Shown here piece by piece: positions 61,578 to 64,000 of a stretch of DNA of 64,000 nt. Numbering within the stretch: position 1 is the stretch's first letter; the number at the start of each line of letters is the position of its first letter. This DNA comes from Malacoraja senta (taxonomy: Eukaryota), in NCBI GenBank assembly GCA_038087875.1, contig CM075988.1, positions 6,200,001 to 6,264,000 on the forward strand, read 5' to 3'. A model generated the notes under the pieces. The model was not told the origin of the DNA. It worked only from the letters and a program-made list of their open reading frames with translations, and ran no database searches. Position numbers and translations under genes: made by a program.

Positions 61578-61822
61578 CTAGACTAAGTGGGACCTGTTGG
61601 GTCCCAGCTTCACACAGGAGGGCTGGTCCCCCAATGCTATATTCCACCTCTCTACCAATTCAAATATTGCTGGCCAGTGGAGGGGGGGGGGGCTTTTTGG
61701 AGCACTAGAATGGTGTTGTGGGCCAAAGGGACTGGCTTCCAGAGGGCTAGTATGGACATTGTCAGCCGAATGGATTCTTGGGCTGACAGCTCAGTCACTG
61801 AGACCACACACTCACACACTCA

Positions 61823-61881
<59 letters not shown>

Positions 61882-61974
61882 ATACTCACACACACACACA
61901 CACACACTCACACACTCACACACACTCACACACACTCACTCACACATGCACACACTCACACACACAGACACATA

Positions 61975-62061
<87 letters not shown>

Positions 62062-62985
62062 ACACTCACACACACACACACACACTCACAAACAAGCACA
62101 CACACACTCACACACACATACATACACACACACATACACTCACAAACACATAGACACTCACACAGACACACACACTCACACACACATACACTCACATCCA
62201 CACACACTCACAAACACATACACACACACACACTCACTGACTCACACACCATATATATGGCAGTAAACTTTCTTGAATACTCACACGGCTGAGCGCGGCC
62301 TCTCCACTTTGGGGCTTCCGCAGTCAGTGGCACTTCCGCAATCAGCGTGACCTCTGCACTTACCGGAAATTACGCAATCAGCGCGACTTCTGCACTCACC
62401 GAAAATTACGCAATCAGCGCGACCTGTCCACTAAGTCACGAAATGAGCGGGACTTTTGAACCAAACACAGTCGGACCTAATAAAACATTTATTCCTTCCA
62501 AACACAGTTGGACCTAATAAAGCATTGCAGTTTCAAGCACAGGCAGGGCAGCAGGCCAAACAACTCATGGCATTGTCATTAAGGGCTAACAAATCATTTA
62601 TTGCAAATACATTGCAGACTCACAGTTCAGTTGATTCATAGCTTAGAATGAGAGTCGTGGCCTCGCCCTCGCGATCTTGCAGAGTGACTGAGTCACATCC
62701 AGGCATCCGGGGTTTTATAGTCCTGCCCCCCCCCCCCCACTCCTCCCCTCCGGAAGGGGCATTACCTTCATTGCGGTGATTGATAGGCGAGAGGATCTCA
62801 AGGTTTTTTAAACACTCAGAACTTTTTTATTTTTAATCGATGGGAAAAATCCTCGTGGCCTGCTCAGCGGAGGAGGACTGTGAGTAAGATGGCCAAAATC
62901 ATAACAATATATGGTAGCATTTTTTCTAAAGTCAATATACAGCGCAGACAGGAAGTGGTCAAGATGAAACTTTTAATTACTTAGA
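61578..62985 (-). mobile_element. Non-autonomous Helitron (1.4 kb) carrying a CA microsatellite
   Basis: Minus strand: 5' A|TCTAAGTAATTAAAAG; 3' hairpin TGGGACC-CAACA-GGTCCCA then CTTAGTCTAG|T; inserted in an AT dinucleotide with no TSD. Confidence 0.85.
61805..62250. repeat. (CA)n microsatellite
   Basis: Long interrupted CA run. Confidence 0.97.
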
Positions 62986-63269
62986 TTTCATCCTTTAGCC
63001 TCCCTGAAGGAGACAAGATTTTCACTGTTAAATGCTATAAAAATGCAGGTTTTTTTGTTTTTTTTAATCTTCAACTATTTGATGCCCATCACAGTCCGCC
63101 AGGTATTCCATGTGACTCCATAGGTGTATCCCATGACTGTCTGCACTGCACTGTTTCATCACCAGGCCTGGTAGTTGTTGCCTTTAGCACACGTGCCAGA
63201 CAGCACAGGCTAGGAGTGTGCAAAGCAGAAAAGAATCATGATCCTGAATGCTAATTAACTACTGCAAGA

Positions 63270-64000
<731 letters not shown>

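Overview
This is non-coding eukaryotic DNA, intergenic or intronic, almost certainly from a cartilaginous fish and probably a skate or ray, judging by the HE1-type V-SINEs and CR1 LINEs with (TTTCTATG)n tails. I could not identify any host exon. The window is a dense nest of transposable elements. It holds a near-complete CR1 LINE (SGNH-esterase ORF1 plus APE-RT ORF2, 41655-45460), a young 5'-truncated L1 with a 15-bp TSD, and many CR1, Rex-Babar and L2 3' fragments. It also holds about 18 tRNA-derived V-SINEs, many Penelope-derived repeats with minimal hammerhead cores, Harbinger- and hAT-type MITEs, a non-autonomous Helitron, a mini solo LTR, and mini- and microsatellites. The most striking observation is a 185-bp TSD-flanked retroposon (17593-17777, minus strand). 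Its first 67 nt fold into a complete HDV-like self-cleaving ribozyme that closely resembles the mammalian CPEB3 ribozyme as I recall its sequence, and the predicted cleavage site falls exactly at the element's 5' junction. A four-way-junction domain and an RTE-type (GAA)n tail follow. A second TSD-flanked bipartite RTE element (1593-1927) also begins with a variant HDV-like fold. All calls were made by eye; family names rest on recalled consensus motifs, not database searches, and fragment ends are approximate.
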